In this document: piece by piece, positions 21,415 through 31,985 of the stretch
How positions within the stretch are numbered: position 1 is the first letter of the stretch
Layout of the letters: each line of letters opens with the position of its first letter
From: Campylobacteraceae bacterium
GTDB taxonomy: Bacteria; Campylobacterota; Campylobacteria; Campylobacterales; Sulfurovaceae
Assembly (NCBI GenBank): GCA_027056485.1
Contig: JALUKQ010000187.1
Span: 35,073-99,072, forward strand
Direction of reading: 5' to 3'
DNA length: 64,000 nucleotides
Notes under the pieces: generated by a model
What the model was told of the DNA's origin: nothing
Database searches by the model: none
The model's input: the letters and a program-made list of their open reading frames with translations, nothing else
Translations under genes and position numbers: made by a program

Positions 21415-21494
21415 TAATATGTGATTATTTGTATAAATTTTAACATTTTTAACATTTTTATGTTTGTTAAAGTTAAAATCTATTATAATTGTGT

Positions 21495-21627
21495 TTCAAC
21501 GGCATATAGGTGATGCTCTAGCTCTCCCCTATTTCCTGAATTAGTATAGTTTGCTCTGTAAAGTGTAGACTATCTATTAAGTCTAGAGTTATCATGTATA
21601 TTTATTATTTTTAAATATGCCGTTGAA
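21495..21627 (+). ncRNA. Candidate structured small RNA (family not identified)
   Basis: TATAAT at 21484-21489; perfect 13-bp terminal inverted repeat with nested inner stems. Confidence 0.5.
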
Positions 21628-21662
21628 CTCCCTAAGATTGCATGAGGGTTATTATTTTGAAT

Positions 21663-22148
21663 TTATTCGAAATATCCTTTTTCTTTGTTTTTTATAACTC
21701 CTCTGTAATCTTTAATTATCCCATTCATTGCAATATAAACACCATTTTTATTTATAGAATTTATATAACCATAGGCAGAAGCTAAATTGGCTGTAGCTTC
21801 TATAGGATTAATAGAATAGGGTACCATAGCACCTGTGAGTATAATTTCTTTGTTGAGTTGAGCTTGATCTAGATATTGTGCTGTTTTATCTATGGTATCA
21901 GTTCCATGAATTACTATAATAGATTTTTCATTACATTTTTTAATTGTCTCTATAATATAATCTCTATCACTATCATTCATATCTAAACTATCTTTTCCAA
22001 TAATATTAATTATCTTAAAATTACTTAGCCAATGTTTTGCTATAGACTTGATTGCATTACCATTTGGTTCAATATCTAGATTTCCTGTAAGAGGATTATA
22101 GACTTTATTAAAGGTTCCACCAGTATTAATTATTAATATTTTTTTCAT
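21663..22148 (-). CDS. Short asparaginase-domain protein
   Basis: TGGT and HGTDT motifs, LTGAM; 161 aa. Confidence 0.88.
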   Translation of the reverse strand: MKKILIINTGGTFNKVYNPLTGNLDIEPNGNAIKSIAKHWLSNFKIINIIGKDSLDMNDSDRDYIIETIKKCNEKSIIVIHGTDTIDKTAQYLDQAQLNKEIILTGAMVPYSINPIEATANLASAYGYINSINKNGVYIAMNGIIKDYRGVIKNKEKGYFE

Positions 22149-22232
22149 TTTTATCCTACTTTATCTGTTTAACTTATATTCTACCTCAATCGTGATAAAA
22201 TGCGACATTAATTTTACAATGGAGAGAATCAT

Positions 22233-23057
22233 ATGATAATGAAAGGCAAAAAAGGAATTATCCTTGGAATTGCAAATAAGAAGTCTATAGCTTATGGAAT
22301 TGCAAAAGCATGTAAAGAGCAAGGTGCAGAAGTTGCGATTACATTTTTAAATGAGCGTTTTGAAAAAAAATTGGCACCTATAGCAGAAGATTTAGAGTGT
22401 GGAGCAAACTTTTACCCTTGTGATGTAAGTAAACCAGAAGAGATAAAAGCACTTAAAGATTCTATAGAAAAAGATATGGGAGAAATAGATTTTATTGTTC
22501 ACTCTATTGCATTTGCTCCAAAAGAGGGACTATCAGGACGTTTTTATGATATCTCTAAAGAGGCGTTTGATGTTGCTATGGATATTTCTGTCTATTCTTT
22601 AATAGAGATAGTAAGAGAGTTGAAGCCGGTTCTTTCAAGCAACTCATCTGTCTTGACATTAAGTTATTATGGTGGGGTTAAGTATATTCCAAATTATAAT
22701 CTTATGGGTGTAGCAAAAGCTGCATTAGAGATGACAACTAAATATTTAGCAGAAGATCTAGGACGTGATGGAATCCGTGTGAATGCTATATCAGCAGGGC
22801 CTATCAAGACACTTGCTGCAGCAGGAATTGGTGAGTTTGGATTTATGTTAAAATGGAATGCAGCTCATGCACCATTAAAAAAGAATGTAACTATTGATCA
22901 AGTAGGTAACTCAGGTATGTATTTACTTTCTGATTTGAGTTCAGGTGTAACTGGTGAAGTTCACTATGTAGATGCAGGGTTTAACATTATGGGTATGCCA
23001 GCTGTCTCTTTTAACGAAGAGGGAAAACAGACTATTGCTTGGAACGGCGAAAAATAG
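22233..23057 (+). CDS. fabI: Enoyl-ACP reductase
   Basis: GIANKKSIAYGIA, YNLMGVAKAALE, SAGPIKTLAA. Confidence 0.97.
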   Translation: MIMKGKKGIILGIANKKSIAYGIAKACKEQGAEVAITFLNERFEKKLAPIAEDLECGANFYPCDVSKPEEIKALKDSIEKDMGEIDFIVHSIAFAPKEGLSGRFYDISKEAFDVAMDISVYSLIEIVRELKPVLSSNSSVLTLSYYGGVKYIPNYNLMGVAKAALEMTTKYLAEDLGRDGIRVNAISAGPIKTLAAAGIGEFGFMLKWNAAHAPLKKNVTIDQVGNSGMYLLSDLSSGVTGEVHYVDAGFNIMGMPAVSFNEEGKQTIAWNGEK

Positions 23058-23815
23058 TGAGGGAGGATTCAGAGGCTTATTTGGCTAAAAAATCTTTTTA
23101 TGATAATATTATAACTATTTATGGACGTAATGCTGTTTTAGAAGTTTTGGAAGATGAGACTATAACCATACATAAGCTTCATCTCTCTAACTCAAATAAG
23201 TCTGTTGCTCAGTTAGATAGAATGGTAAGCATTGCCAATACTAGAGATATAGAGATAGCATATCATGATAAAAAGTCTCTCTCTCGTATATCCAAAAATG
23301 CTAAACAAGACCAAGGTGTGGCTTTAGATATTGTGCTTAATCATGCCTTGAGTGAAGATGAGTTTTTAGAAAAAAATAACGCCTATAAAGTTATAGCTCT
23401 TGATGGTATACATAATCCTCAAAACTTGGGGATGATTATACGCTCATGTGCTGCTGGTGATGTAGATGCTATACTGCTTCCAACTAAAAATTCAGCACAA
23501 ATTTCAGCATTGGTTATAAAGGCAAGTGTTGGAACACTTTTTAGGCTTCCAATTATAAAAACAAACTCTCTGGTTAAAACATTGGCTAAGTTTAAAAAGG
23601 TTGAGGCAAAACTTTATACACTCTCATCTCATGCTAAAAATTCTTATAGAAATGAAGCTTATAGTAGTAAAACAGTTTTTATACTGGGTAATGAGAGTGA
23701 AGGGGTGAGTAGAGAGGTTGAGAAGCTTTCTGATACCTCTCTATCTATTCCTATGAATAGAGGAGTAGAGTCACTTAATGTAGCTGTAACAGCCTCTCTT
23801 TTAGCATTCTTATAG
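23039..23815 (+). CDS. TrmH/SpoU family RNA methyltransferase
   Basis: NPQNLGMIIRS, LGNESEG, ESLNVAV; true start possibly GTG about 23057. Confidence 0.9.
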   Translation: MERRKIVREDSEAYLAKKSFYDNIITIYGRNAVLEVLEDETITIHKLHLSNSNKSVAQLDRMVSIANTRDIEIAYHDKKSLSRISKNAKQDQGVALDIVLNHALSEDEFLEKNNAYKVIALDGIHNPQNLGMIIRSCAAGDVDAILLPTKNSAQISALVIKASVGTLFRLPIIKTNSLVKTLAKFKKVEAKLYTLSSHAKNSYRNEAYSSKTVFILGNESEGVSREVEKLSDTSLSIPMNRGVESLNVAVTASLLAFL

Positions 23816-23823
23816 AGAGATGA

Positions 23824-24099
23824 TTATATCATCATCTCTTGCTTTAGTTTCTCTTGATTAAGCTTTTTAATAAGTTTTAGTGAAAGTTCACCATAACGAT
23901 CTTCATCTAGACTAAGCTTTTCAAGTAGAGGTTTAATATCATCTTCATTTGCCCAAGCATTTAAAACTTTAAACTCTTTTTTTGTCAGTTTCACTTTTAG
24001 AACTTTTTTTAGTTCATCTTCATCTTTTAATGGTTTAATAAGTTTTCTAACATGTTTTTCAACTTCATCCATTAGTGGTGTTGTATCATTTGTATCCAT
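23824..24099 (-). CDS. Conserved hypothetical protein
   Basis: ORF adjoining plsC in the same operon. Confidence 0.7.
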   Translation of the reverse strand: MDTNDTTPLMDEVEKHVRKLIKPLKDEDELKKVLKVKLTKKEFKVLNAWANEDDIKPLLEKLSLDEDRYGELSLKLIKKLNQEKLKQEMMI

Positions 24100-24810
24100 T
24101 TATCGTTCTCTTTCGTATTTATTCTTTTCTTCGTTTATTATATCTTGCATGGTTGTTTGAAGTTTACTATACCACTCTTTATCTTCTTTATTTACTTGAA
24201 AAGTATCTAAGTATTTAATATGAACAGTTGCTGAGTGAGCAGTCTTATTGTGTTCATTGAGTAGTTTTTTACTATTGGTAATAATAATAGGTTGTATTGT
24301 TAATTGGAGCTTTTCAGCAATAATACGTGTACCACCTTTAAATTTCAATAGTTCTTGTTTATCTGTTCTTGTACCTTCAGGAAAAATTGTGATAACTCTT
24401 TGGCTATTCTCTTTTGTATCTTTACAATCTCTTAAGAGCTTAATCAGTCCACTTTTGTTTTCTCTGTCAATCTGTATCATATTCGGAATCTTTAAAACAT
24501 AACCAAACCATGGGGCATCGAAGAGCTGTTTCTTTGCTACCCATCGTAAATCTGTCTCCTCTGCAGCTTCCATTGCAACTATGTCTATAATACCTTGATG
24601 GTTCATGACAAACATATTAGCAGAGTTGTCTCTTTTACCTTCTGTAACTATTTTACCACCAATTAAGATGATTATGATTTTGTTCCAAAAATGTAAGATA
24701 TTACTGTATCTATTCTTAAAGAGGAACATAAGAGGTACCATAATACCAGCAGCTATGAAGGATATGGTTGCAGCACCATAGTAAAATCTAATTTTTGCAA
24801 AGATCTTCAT
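24100..24810 (-). CDS. plsC: 1-acyl-sn-glycerol-3-phosphate acyltransferase
   Basis: NHQGIID (NHxxxxD), FPEGTR; position after the pur genes. Confidence 0.88.
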   Translation of the reverse strand: MKIFAKIRFYYGAATISFIAAGIMVPLMFLFKNRYSNILHFWNKIIIILIGGKIVTEGKRDNSANMFVMNHQGIIDIVAMEAAEETDLRWVAKKQLFDAPWFGYVLKIPNMIQIDRENKSGLIKLLRDCKDTKENSQRVITIFPEGTRTDKQELLKFKGGTRIIAEKLQLTIQPIIITNSKKLLNEHNKTAHSATVHIKYLDTFQVNKEDKEWYSKLQTTMQDIINEEKNKYERER

Positions 24811-25822
24811 GTTTTATCCATCCTACGATACCATTTTTATATTCTACTTTTACAAAGTCATTACGCTCTGCTAACTTTGTGGTTGTAAAACGTCTATCTA
24901 CATGTATACTTGTTGTACTGTTTGATGCAGGAACAATATATAAAGGTGAACCCTCCTTTATACAAACTTTTGTTAATGCAGTGTAAAATGTTAAAAGAAT
25001 AGCAGCTGAAATAACAGAAAGAATTAAGTAAAAGAAATCTTTTTTCCATAAAAATAGTAATAGAAATAGAATGGCTAATATTATAAGTGTATACTTTTTA
25101 AGTGCTTCAAAACTATCATCTTTAGGGTTAAGGTCAGTTTGTGCTGCGACAGAGCCATCATGCACTTTTATGGGAACAAACTTATTTACAAATGTCTGTT
25201 TAATGGTGTCAAAATAAGAAAATGTAAGTGATGTTTGGTCAGCAGGTAGAACAATGTAATAATGAATCTCCATCTTAGAACCAGTACGTTTTGCATTTTC
25301 AACACCATCTTTTAATGCTGAAGGAACATATATGTCTTCAAGGTTAGCATCATGTGCTTCTATTGAAATAGCTATAAGATTACTGTTCTCGTCATAGACA
25401 GAGACTTGGTGATTTTTAATTTTTAAACCAGAAGCGATAACTCCTGAGAAGTTATCTCTCTGAGGGAGTTCTCTCACAGGAATTTTAACACCATTTAATA
25501 CCTCTTTCTTCCCATTTACAATAACAGTGACTTTCGGAATTTTAAAAAGTATTTCTGTTGTTTTAAAGTAAAAAGTGTAGAAAGTTTTTGAACCATTTCG
25601 AATAATAACAGGCTGTTTTAAAACAGGTACTTTGTTACCCTCAAAATGAAACTTTATATTTTTAGAATGAGCAGTTGTAGTTAAAAAACTTATAGGAAAA
25701 ACTTGTTTTTCATATACTTTTTTGGGAACATAACTGTATTCAACTTCATTCGCAAGTAGTATATTTGTAAAGGCTACAAAGAGTGCAATGAGAGTAAAAA
25801 TATATGATTTATAATGTTGCAT
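24788..25822 (-). CDS. Periplasmic/membrane protein with a C-terminal SH3-like domain
   Basis: Signal peptide, two TM segments, VKVEYKNGIVGWIK. Confidence 0.78.
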   Translation of the reverse strand: MQHYKSYIFTLIALFVAFTNILLANEVEYSYVPKKVYEKQVFPISFLTTTAHSKNIKFHFEGNKVPVLKQPVIIRNGSKTFYTFYFKTTEILFKIPKVTVIVNGKKEVLNGVKIPVRELPQRDNFSGVIASGLKIKNHQVSVYDENSNLIAISIEAHDANLEDIYVPSALKDGVENAKRTGSKMEIHYYIVLPADQTSLTFSYFDTIKQTFVNKFVPIKVHDGSVAAQTDLNPKDDSFEALKKYTLIILAILFLLLFLWKKDFFYLILSVISAAILLTFYTALTKVCIKEGSPLYIVPASNSTTSIHVDRRFTTTKLAERNDFVKVEYKNGIVGWIKHEDLCKN

Positions 25823-26496
25823 TAAGCAATTAATCCTTCTAGCATTTTAATACCATCTTCAGAACCCAAAATATTTTCTAATGCACGTTCAGGGTGGGGC
25901 ATAAGTCCAAATATATTTTTTGTTTTGTTACAAACACCAGCAATAGAAGTTACTGACCCATTAACCACAATAGGATTACCATACTCATCTGAATAGCGTA
26001 GTAAAATCTGCTCATTGGCTTCTAACTTATTAAATGCTTCTTCATCTATATAATAGTTACCATCAGCATGTGCTATAGGAATGTTTAATACTTCATCTTT
26101 TTGACACTTTTGTAGAAAATCATTACTATTATTTACGACTTTTAGTGTTTGAAATTTTGATATAAAGTGAAGACCAATATTTCTTTTTAGTGCACCAGGA
26201 AGAAGACCTAACTCTGTTAAAATCTGAAAACCATTACAGATACCTAGAACTTTTCCACCATTTTCAGCATATGCTATAACAGCTTTCATAATAGGAGAGA
26301 ACTTTGCAATGGCACCTGAACGTAAGTAGTCACCATATGAGAAGCCTCCTGGTACTACAATTAAGTCTGTATTTTCTGGAAGTTCTGTCTCTTTATGCCA
26401 AATAATTGTTGTGGTACAATTTAGCTTTTCAAAAGCATATTTTGTATCCAAATCACAGTTGGTACCTGGAAATTGTAAAATAGCTATATGTTTCAT
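25822..26496 (-). CDS. purQ: FGAM synthase glutaminase subunit
   Basis: PGGFSYGDYLR, GICNGFQ, GLMPHPER. Confidence 0.97.
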   Translation of the reverse strand: MKHIAILQFPGTNCDLDTKYAFEKLNCTTTIIWHKETELPENTDLIVVPGGFSYGDYLRSGAIAKFSPIMKAVIAYAENGGKVLGICNGFQILTELGLLPGALKRNIGLHFISKFQTLKVVNNSNDFLQKCQKDEVLNIPIAHADGNYYIDEEAFNKLEANEQILLRYSDEYGNPIVVNGSVTSIAGVCNKTKNIFGLMPHPERALENILGSEDGIKMLEGLIA

Positions 26497-26735
26497 TATA
26501 CTAACTCGATGGTATAATCTTCTATAACAGTATTTGCTAAGATCTCTTCAGCCATTTTTTCTACCTCTTTTTGAGCATCTTCCCTGTTTCTAGACGTAAG
26601 TTTAAGTACAATTTGTTTTCCCATTCTTACATCTTCTACACTTTCAAAGTTCATTGCATCTAGTGCATGGTGAATTGCTTTACCTTGAGGGTCAAGTACG
26701 CCTTCTTTTAAAAATACATTTACTATTGCTGTCAT
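26496..26735 (-). CDS. purS: FGAM synthase subunit PurS
   Basis: GVLDPQG, LANTVIEDY. Confidence 0.96.
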   Translation of the reverse strand: MTAIVNVFLKEGVLDPQGKAIHHALDAMNFESVEDVRMGKQIVLKLTSRNREDAQKEVEKMAEEILANTVIEDYTIELV

Positions 26736-26785
26736 TTCTTTTCCTACTTATTTTCTATATAACGTTTTGTATGTTTGCAAGTGAA

Positions 26786-26811
26786 GGGCAGACACATTGG
26801 TCTGCCCCTAC
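26786..26811 (-). repeat. Single GTAG-type REP
   Basis: GTAG-GGGCAGAC-CAATGT-GTCTGCCC on the minus strand, between purC and purS. Confidence 0.75.
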
Positions 26812-26823
26812 GGTGCGATTTTG

Positions 26824-27540
26824 CTATTTGTTTCCTAAAATTCTGTTAAGAACTTCTTCATAGGCAACTTTTAATCCACCTAAACCTTGTCTAAATCTAT
26901 CTTTATCCATGCTCTCACCAGTATTAGCATCCCAAAATCTAAAGTTGTCAGGGCTAAGTTCATCTATAAGAATAATATTCCCATCTGTATCTCTACCAAA
27001 TTCAAGTTTAAAGTCTACAACAGTCATCTCTTTATCAGCAAAAAACTCTTGCATAATGGTGTTGATACGTCTAGCCATAAATCTAATGTAGTCTAGTTCA
27101 TTGGTATTTTTTACCAATTCTAAAATAAGACAGTGTTGGTCATTTAATTTAGGATCACCTAGTTCATCATTTTTATAGTCAAACTCTACTAAAGTAAATG
27201 GGAGTACTGTTCCGTCTTCTATTCCAAGGTTTCTACTAAGACTACCTGTAGCGATGTTTCTTACAATTACTTCTATAAGAATAACTTCGGCTTTTTTATG
27301 CAACATATGATTATCATCTAACATCTCTACAAAGTGAGTATTTACTCCTTTATTTTGTAAAACTTTAAATAGTTCAGTAGAAATTTTGTTATTTAAGGCA
27401 CCTTTACCCTCTTCATTAGACTTCTTCTCACCATTAAATGCTGTTAAATCATCTTTAAATTCAGAGATTAGAAGTCTGTTGTCTTCTGTATTCCAAACTC
27501 TCTTTGCTTTACCTTCGTAAAGCAATGTTGTTTTATTCAT
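26824..27540 (-). CDS. purC: SAICAR synthase
   Basis: [28 protein letters not shown]. Confidence 0.97.
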   Translation of the reverse strand: MNKTTLLYEGKAKRVWNTEDNRLLISEFKDDLTAFNGEKKSNEEGKGALNNKISTELFKVLQNKGVNTHFVEMLDDNHMLHKKAEVILIEVIVRNIATGSLSRNLGIEDGTVLPFTLVEFDYKNDELGDPKLNDQHCLILELVKNTNELDYIRFMARRINTIMQEFFADKEMTVVDFKLEFGRDTDGNIILIDELSPDNFRFWDANTGESMDKDRFRQGLGGLKVAYEEVLNRILGNK

Positions 27541-27551
27541 TGTACTTGTCC

Positions 27552-28865
27552 TTATATGTTGTTTGTAATCATTAATGCTTTTAGTATGTCTATAGCACTT
27601 TTAAGTTGAGCATCTTTGTATATTTGCTCTTCTGTAATGTGTGTTTTATCTTCAGTTTTATCTTTTTTCTTATGTTTTCCATCAATTTTTTCTAGTTCAC
27701 TCTCAAGGTGTTTTTGTAGATCCTTCTCTTTAATGGAGATTCCCTCTTCAGCTTTTTTAATTTCACCATAGTCTACTTCTATATCTGGTGTAACACCTAC
27801 AGCTTGAATGGTTCGTCCACTTGGTAGATAGTAACGAGCAATGGTTAAACGCAGAGCTTCATCTTGACTAATAGGCATAACAACTTGGACTGAACCTTTT
27901 CCAAATGTTTTTTTACCTACAACAATAGCTCGTTTATGGTCTTGAAGTGCACCAGAAACTATTTCACTAGCACTAGCAGAACCACCATTTACTAAAATAA
28001 CCAAAGGAGTATCTTTATTCGTATTTTGAGCTGTTGCATTGTAAATAAGATTTTCCTCTGGTATTTTACCTTTTTGACTTACAATAGCACCTTTATCAAC
28101 AAACATATCAACAACACCAATGGCTTGATCTAAAAGTCCACCTGGATTATTTCTTAAGTCAAGTATAAGACCTTTTCTTTCAGGATGGGCTGAGATCGCT
28201 TTTTTCATTCCCTCTACTACTTTTTTATCAAAAGATGTAACTCTTAAGTATAAAATATCATCTCCAATAGTTTTTGAATAGACTGATTGAATCTCTATAA
28301 TATCACGTATAATTTTGATTTTAAGAGGTTTATTTTCTCCCTCTCTTACAACCATTAGTTCAATAGAAGTATTTGGTTTACCACGCATAATAGAAACAGC
28401 TTTATCTATGGTCATACCCATGGTAGCAAGTTCATTAATTTTTAAGATAATATCACCAGCTTTTATACCAGCTCTATCAGCAGGAGTTCCCTCAAGTGGG
28501 GCAATAACGGTTAAAGCACCATCTTTCATACCAACTGTAATTCCTAAACCTCCAAATTCACCATGGGTTTGTACTTGTAGTTCTTTTGTCTCTTTTGCAT
28601 CCATAAAAGAGGAGTGAGCATCAAGATTAGAAAGCATTCCTTTTAGTGCATTATCAATAATATCACTAGCATTAATATCATCAACATATTGTTCTTCAAT
28701 TAGTTGCACTATCTTTGTAAATTTTAGATAAGCTTGAAGCTTTGAAGTTTGTTTACTCTCAGGTCTATCATAACTTTCTGCTTGTGCAGAGCTAGCGAAG
28801 ATAAGTGATGCAGTTACCGTTGAGATGAAGCCTAGAAGTATTGCTTTTTTATTTTTAATTATCAT
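27552..28865 (-). CDS. ctpA: Carboxyl-terminal protease (S41A, PDZ)
   Basis: [30 protein letters not shown]. Confidence 0.93.
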   Translation of the reverse strand: MIIKNKKAILLGFISTVTASLIFASSAQAESYDRPESKQTSKLQAYLKFTKIVQLIEEQYVDDINASDIIDNALKGMLSNLDAHSSFMDAKETKELQVQTHGEFGGLGITVGMKDGALTVIAPLEGTPADRAGIKAGDIILKINELATMGMTIDKAVSIMRGKPNTSIELMVVREGENKPLKIKIIRDIIEIQSVYSKTIGDDILYLRVTSFDKKVVEGMKKAISAHPERKGLILDLRNNPGGLLDQAIGVVDMFVDKGAIVSQKGKIPEENLIYNATAQNTNKDTPLVILVNGGSASASEIVSGALQDHKRAIVVGKKTFGKGSVQVVMPISQDEALRLTIARYYLPSGRTIQAVGVTPDIEVDYGEIKKAEEGISIKEKDLQKHLESELEKIDGKHKKKDKTEDKTHITEEQIYKDAQLKSAIDILKALMITNNI

Positions 28866-29173
28866 ATTAATTGTCAGTGTCCCATTGTTTTTGAAATTGT
28901 GATAATCATCTAAATATAATATTATTTAAATGTTGTCATAATTAAGAGCTATATTTTATCAAAAATTACTAAAAGTTCTCTAATATAGAGTAATTTAAAT
29001 TAATAATCTTACACATAAATTATTTTAAGTTTTTCTAATATGGAATGAAAGTATAATATAATTCAACATCTTAATTGGGTTGTTAAAAGTATTATTGCAA
29101 CAAAAGTGGCATCTTTTTATCAGGGTTTTGATATAAAATTACATATAAAAATAAAATAAATAGGAATAATGAT

Positions 29174-31747
29174 ATGAGTATTTTAGAAAAGTTAACCAAT
29201 CAAATGAGTTCATCTATTGAATCAGGTGTCTCCCTAGCATTACATAATAAAAATCAGGAAGTATACCCACTACACCTTTTATGGGCACTACTTACTAATA
29301 CTAATTCATTAATGCATCAAGCACTCAATAAAATGAATTTGGATAAAGCAGCTATTGAGTTAGAGGTAAAGAGTAGCGTTAACAAGCTACCTAAGGTATC
29401 AACAGTAACAAAGGAGACTATTCGCCTTTCTCAAAACTTGGTTGCATCATTACAACAAGCAGAGGGAGTTATGACAGCCAATGGTGATCAGTATCTCTCT
29501 GTAGATGCATGGCTTATTGGTAATATTGAAACTCCTTTCCTCAAAGATACATTGGGAAAATATGTTGATCTTTTAGAGTTTAAAAAAACATTAGAATCTA
29601 TTCGTGGTGGAAAGAGTATTGACTCTCAAAGTGCAGATGAAGCGTTAGAAGCGTTAGAACAGTATGGTATTGACCTTAACCAACGTGCATTAGATGGTGA
29701 ATTAGACCCTGTAATTGGTCGAGATGAAGAGGTGCAACGAATGATGCAAATACTTATTCGGAAGACCAAAAATAACCCAATTTTGATTGGAGAACCTGGA
29801 ACTGGTAAAACAGCTATTGTTGAGGGGTTAGCACAACGTATTGTTAACAAAGAGGTTCCTCTAAGTTTACAAAATATGCGTGTGATTTCATTGGATATGA
29901 GCCGACTTATAGCAGGTGCTAAGTATAGAGGTGAGTTTGAAGATAGACTAAAAGCAGTTATTGATGAGGTGAAAGAAGCTTCTAATGTTATCTTATTTAT
30001 TGATGAGATTCATACCATAGTAGGGGCAGGAGCGAGTGAAGGTAGTATGGATGCTGCCAATATATTAAAACCAGCATTGGCACGTGGTGAACTACATACT
30101 ATTGGAGCGACAACACTTAAAGAATATAGAAAGTATTTTGAGAAAGATACGGCACTTCAAAGACGTTTTCAACCAGTAAAAGTGGATGAGCCTTCTATTA
30201 ATGAAGCGTTACAGATTTTACGAGGTATTAAAGAGCGTTTGGAGTCGCACCATACAGTAAGTATTACTGATTCTGCATTGGTTGCAGCTGCAAAGCTTAG
30301 TGATCGTTACATAACTGATAGATTTCTCCCTGATAAGGCGATTGACCTTATTGATGAGGCAGCAGCAGAGTTAAAGATGCAGATAGAGAGTGAACCAACT
30401 GATTTAGCTAAAACAAAAAGAGCATTAACTACGTTATTGGTTGAAAAAGAGGCTCTTCTTATGGAAGATAATGAAAAAAATTCTAATCGTTTAGCAGAGA
30501 TAGAGAAAGAGTTAGCAGACCTTGAGGAGGAGAAGATTTCACTTCAAAGTCAATTTGATAATGAGAAAGCTGTTTTTGATAAAGAGTCAGAGATACGTGT
30601 TGAGATAGAATCTCTTAAAACAAAGGCTGCTCTTGCAGAGCGTGAGGGTGACTTTTCAAAGGTTGCAGAGATTAAGCATGGTGAGATTCCTGCTAAAGAG
30701 GCAGAGTTGACAGAGCTTGAGAATCGTTGGAAAACTATGACACAAGAGGGAACTTTACTTAAAAACTCAGTTGATGATGAGATGATAGCAAGTATTGTAA
30801 GTCGTTGGACAGGTATTCCTGTTAATAAAATGTTGCAGACAGAAAAAGAGAAAATTTTAAATGTTGAAAAGATTTTAAATAAAGAGGTAGTAGGGCAAAA
30901 TGAGGCACTGCATGCAGTGGCACGAGCAATTAAGCGTAATAAGGCAGGACTTAGTGATACCAACCGACCAATTGGTTCCTTTATGTTCTTAGGTCCTACA
31001 GGTGTGGGTAAAACTCAAGTAGCAAAAACTTTGGCAAAGTTTTTATTTGATTCTGAAAAGTCACTTATACGAATAGATATGAGTGAGTACATGGAGAAAC
31101 ATGCTGCTTCACGCTTGGTTGGAGCTCCTCCTGGTTACGTGGGTTATGATGAAGGAGGACAGTTAACTGAAGCAGTACGACGTAAACCATATTCAGTTGT
31201 TCTTTTTGATGAGATTGAAAAAGCACATCCAGATGTCTTTAATACACTATTACAAGTGCTTGATGATGGTCGTCTAACAGATAATAAAGGTGTAACGATT
31301 GATTTTAAAAATACCATTATTATAATGACATCTAACATAGCTTCAGATAAAATCATGCAGTTTGCTGATAGAAAAGAGCGAGAAGTGGCTGTTAACGATG
31401 AATTGAAAAAGTACTTTAAGCCAGAGTTTTTAAATCGTTTAGATGATATTGTAATTTTTAACCCTCTTGACTTGGAAGCTATTACAAGTATCGTTGATAT
31501 TATGTTTGCTACTATTAAGAAAAAATTAGCAACTAGAGATATAGAAATTACTTTAACACCAGCTGCTAAAGCTTATATTGCAGAAGCTGGTTTTGACCCT
31601 GTGTATGGTGCAAGACCATTGAAAAGAGCACTTTATGATGAGGTAGAAGATAGATTAGCTGAACTTATATTAGAAGACAAGGTCGTAGAAGGAGCTAAGG
31701 TGACTTTTGATGTTGTTAATGGAGAAATGACAGTAAGCATAGAGTAA
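29174..31747 (+). CDS. clpB: ATP-dependent chaperone ClpB
   Basis: Two AAA modules ([16 protein letters not shown]) and a long coiled-coil middle domain. Confidence 0.96.
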   Translation: MSILEKLTNQMSSSIESGVSLALHNKNQEVYPLHLLWALLTNTNSLMHQALNKMNLDKAAIELEVKSSVNKLPKVSTVTKETIRLSQNLVASLQQAEGVMTANGDQYLSVDAWLIGNIETPFLKDTLGKYVDLLEFKKTLESIRGGKSIDSQSADEALEALEQYGIDLNQRALDGELDPVIGRDEEVQRMMQILIRKTKNNPILIGEPGTGKTAIVEGLAQRIVNKEVPLSLQNMRVISLDMSRLIAGAKYRGEFEDRLKAVIDEVKEASNVILFIDEIHTIVGAGASEGSMDAANILKPALARGELHTIGATTLKEYRKYFEKDTALQRRFQPVKVDEPSINEALQILRGIKERLESHHTVSITDSALVAAAKLSDRYITDRFLPDKAIDLIDEAAAELKMQIESEPTDLAKTKRALTTLLVEKEALLMEDNEKNSNRLAEIEKELADLEEEKISLQSQFDNEKAVFDKESEIRVEIESLKTKAALAEREGDFSKVAEIKHGEIPAKEAELTELENRWKTMTQEGTLLKNSVDDEMIASIVSRWTGIPVNKMLQTEKEKILNVEKILNKEVVGQNEALHAVARAIKRNKAGLSDTNRPIGSFMFLGPTGVGKTQVAKTLAKFLFDSEKSLIRIDMSEYMEKHAASRLVGAPPGYVGYDEGGQLTEAVRRKPYSVVLFDEIEKAHPDVFNTLLQVLDDGRLTDNKGVTIDFKNTIIIMTSNIASDKIMQFADRKEREVAVNDELKKYFKPEFLNRLDDIVIFNPLDLEAITSIVDIMFATIKKKLATRDIEITLTPAAKAYIAEAGFDPVYGARPLKRALYDEVEDRLAELILEDKVVEGAKVTFDVVNGEMTVSIE

Positions 31748-31754
31748 AAAATAA

Positions 31755-31808
31755 AAAAGAGGGTTAATCTTTCCCCTCTTTTCTATGAGACTAATCTCAT
31801 AGAAAAGA
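31755..31808. terminator. Overlapping hairpins downstream of clpB
   Basis: AAAAGAGGG...CCCTCTTTT followed by TCTTTTCTATGAGA-CTAA-TCTCATAGAAAAGA. Confidence 0.7.
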
Positions 31809-31950
31809 TTTTTACTAATTTTTTTCTCATGTGTCTCAGCATGAAGAGCGTAAAGACTTAACCTCGCGACTACGAGCCATTTCAAGTGTTATTAATACAG
31901 TGGGTAAAGAGGAGAAATATTAAAAAAGTATTAAAATAATTATTTAGTTA

Positions 31951-31959
31951 TGCTATAAT
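31951..31959 (+). promoter_or_regulatory. Extended -10 promoter (TGnTATAAT)
   Basis: TGCTATAAT upstream of the AAGGAAG RBS of the ORF at 31986. Confidence 0.6.
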
Positions 31960-31985
31960 TTAAATATTATTATAAGGAAGTTTAA

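Noticed and set aside
21519-21596. 25-codon minus-strand ORF (MITLDLIDSLHF...) inside the structured element
   Set aside because: No RBS and no hydrophobic toxin-like character
21495-21627. Retron msr-msd (a1/a2-like 13-bp inverted repeat)
   Set aside because: No reverse transcriptase nearby or anywhere in the window
28866-29173. HspR (HAIR) or HrcA (CIRCE) operator upstream of clpB
   Set aside because: No convincing match to either inverted repeat seen
31820-31850. TPP riboswitch (GCTGAGA on the minus strand)
   Set aside because: The rest of the THI-box consensus is missing and no thiamine gene is downstream
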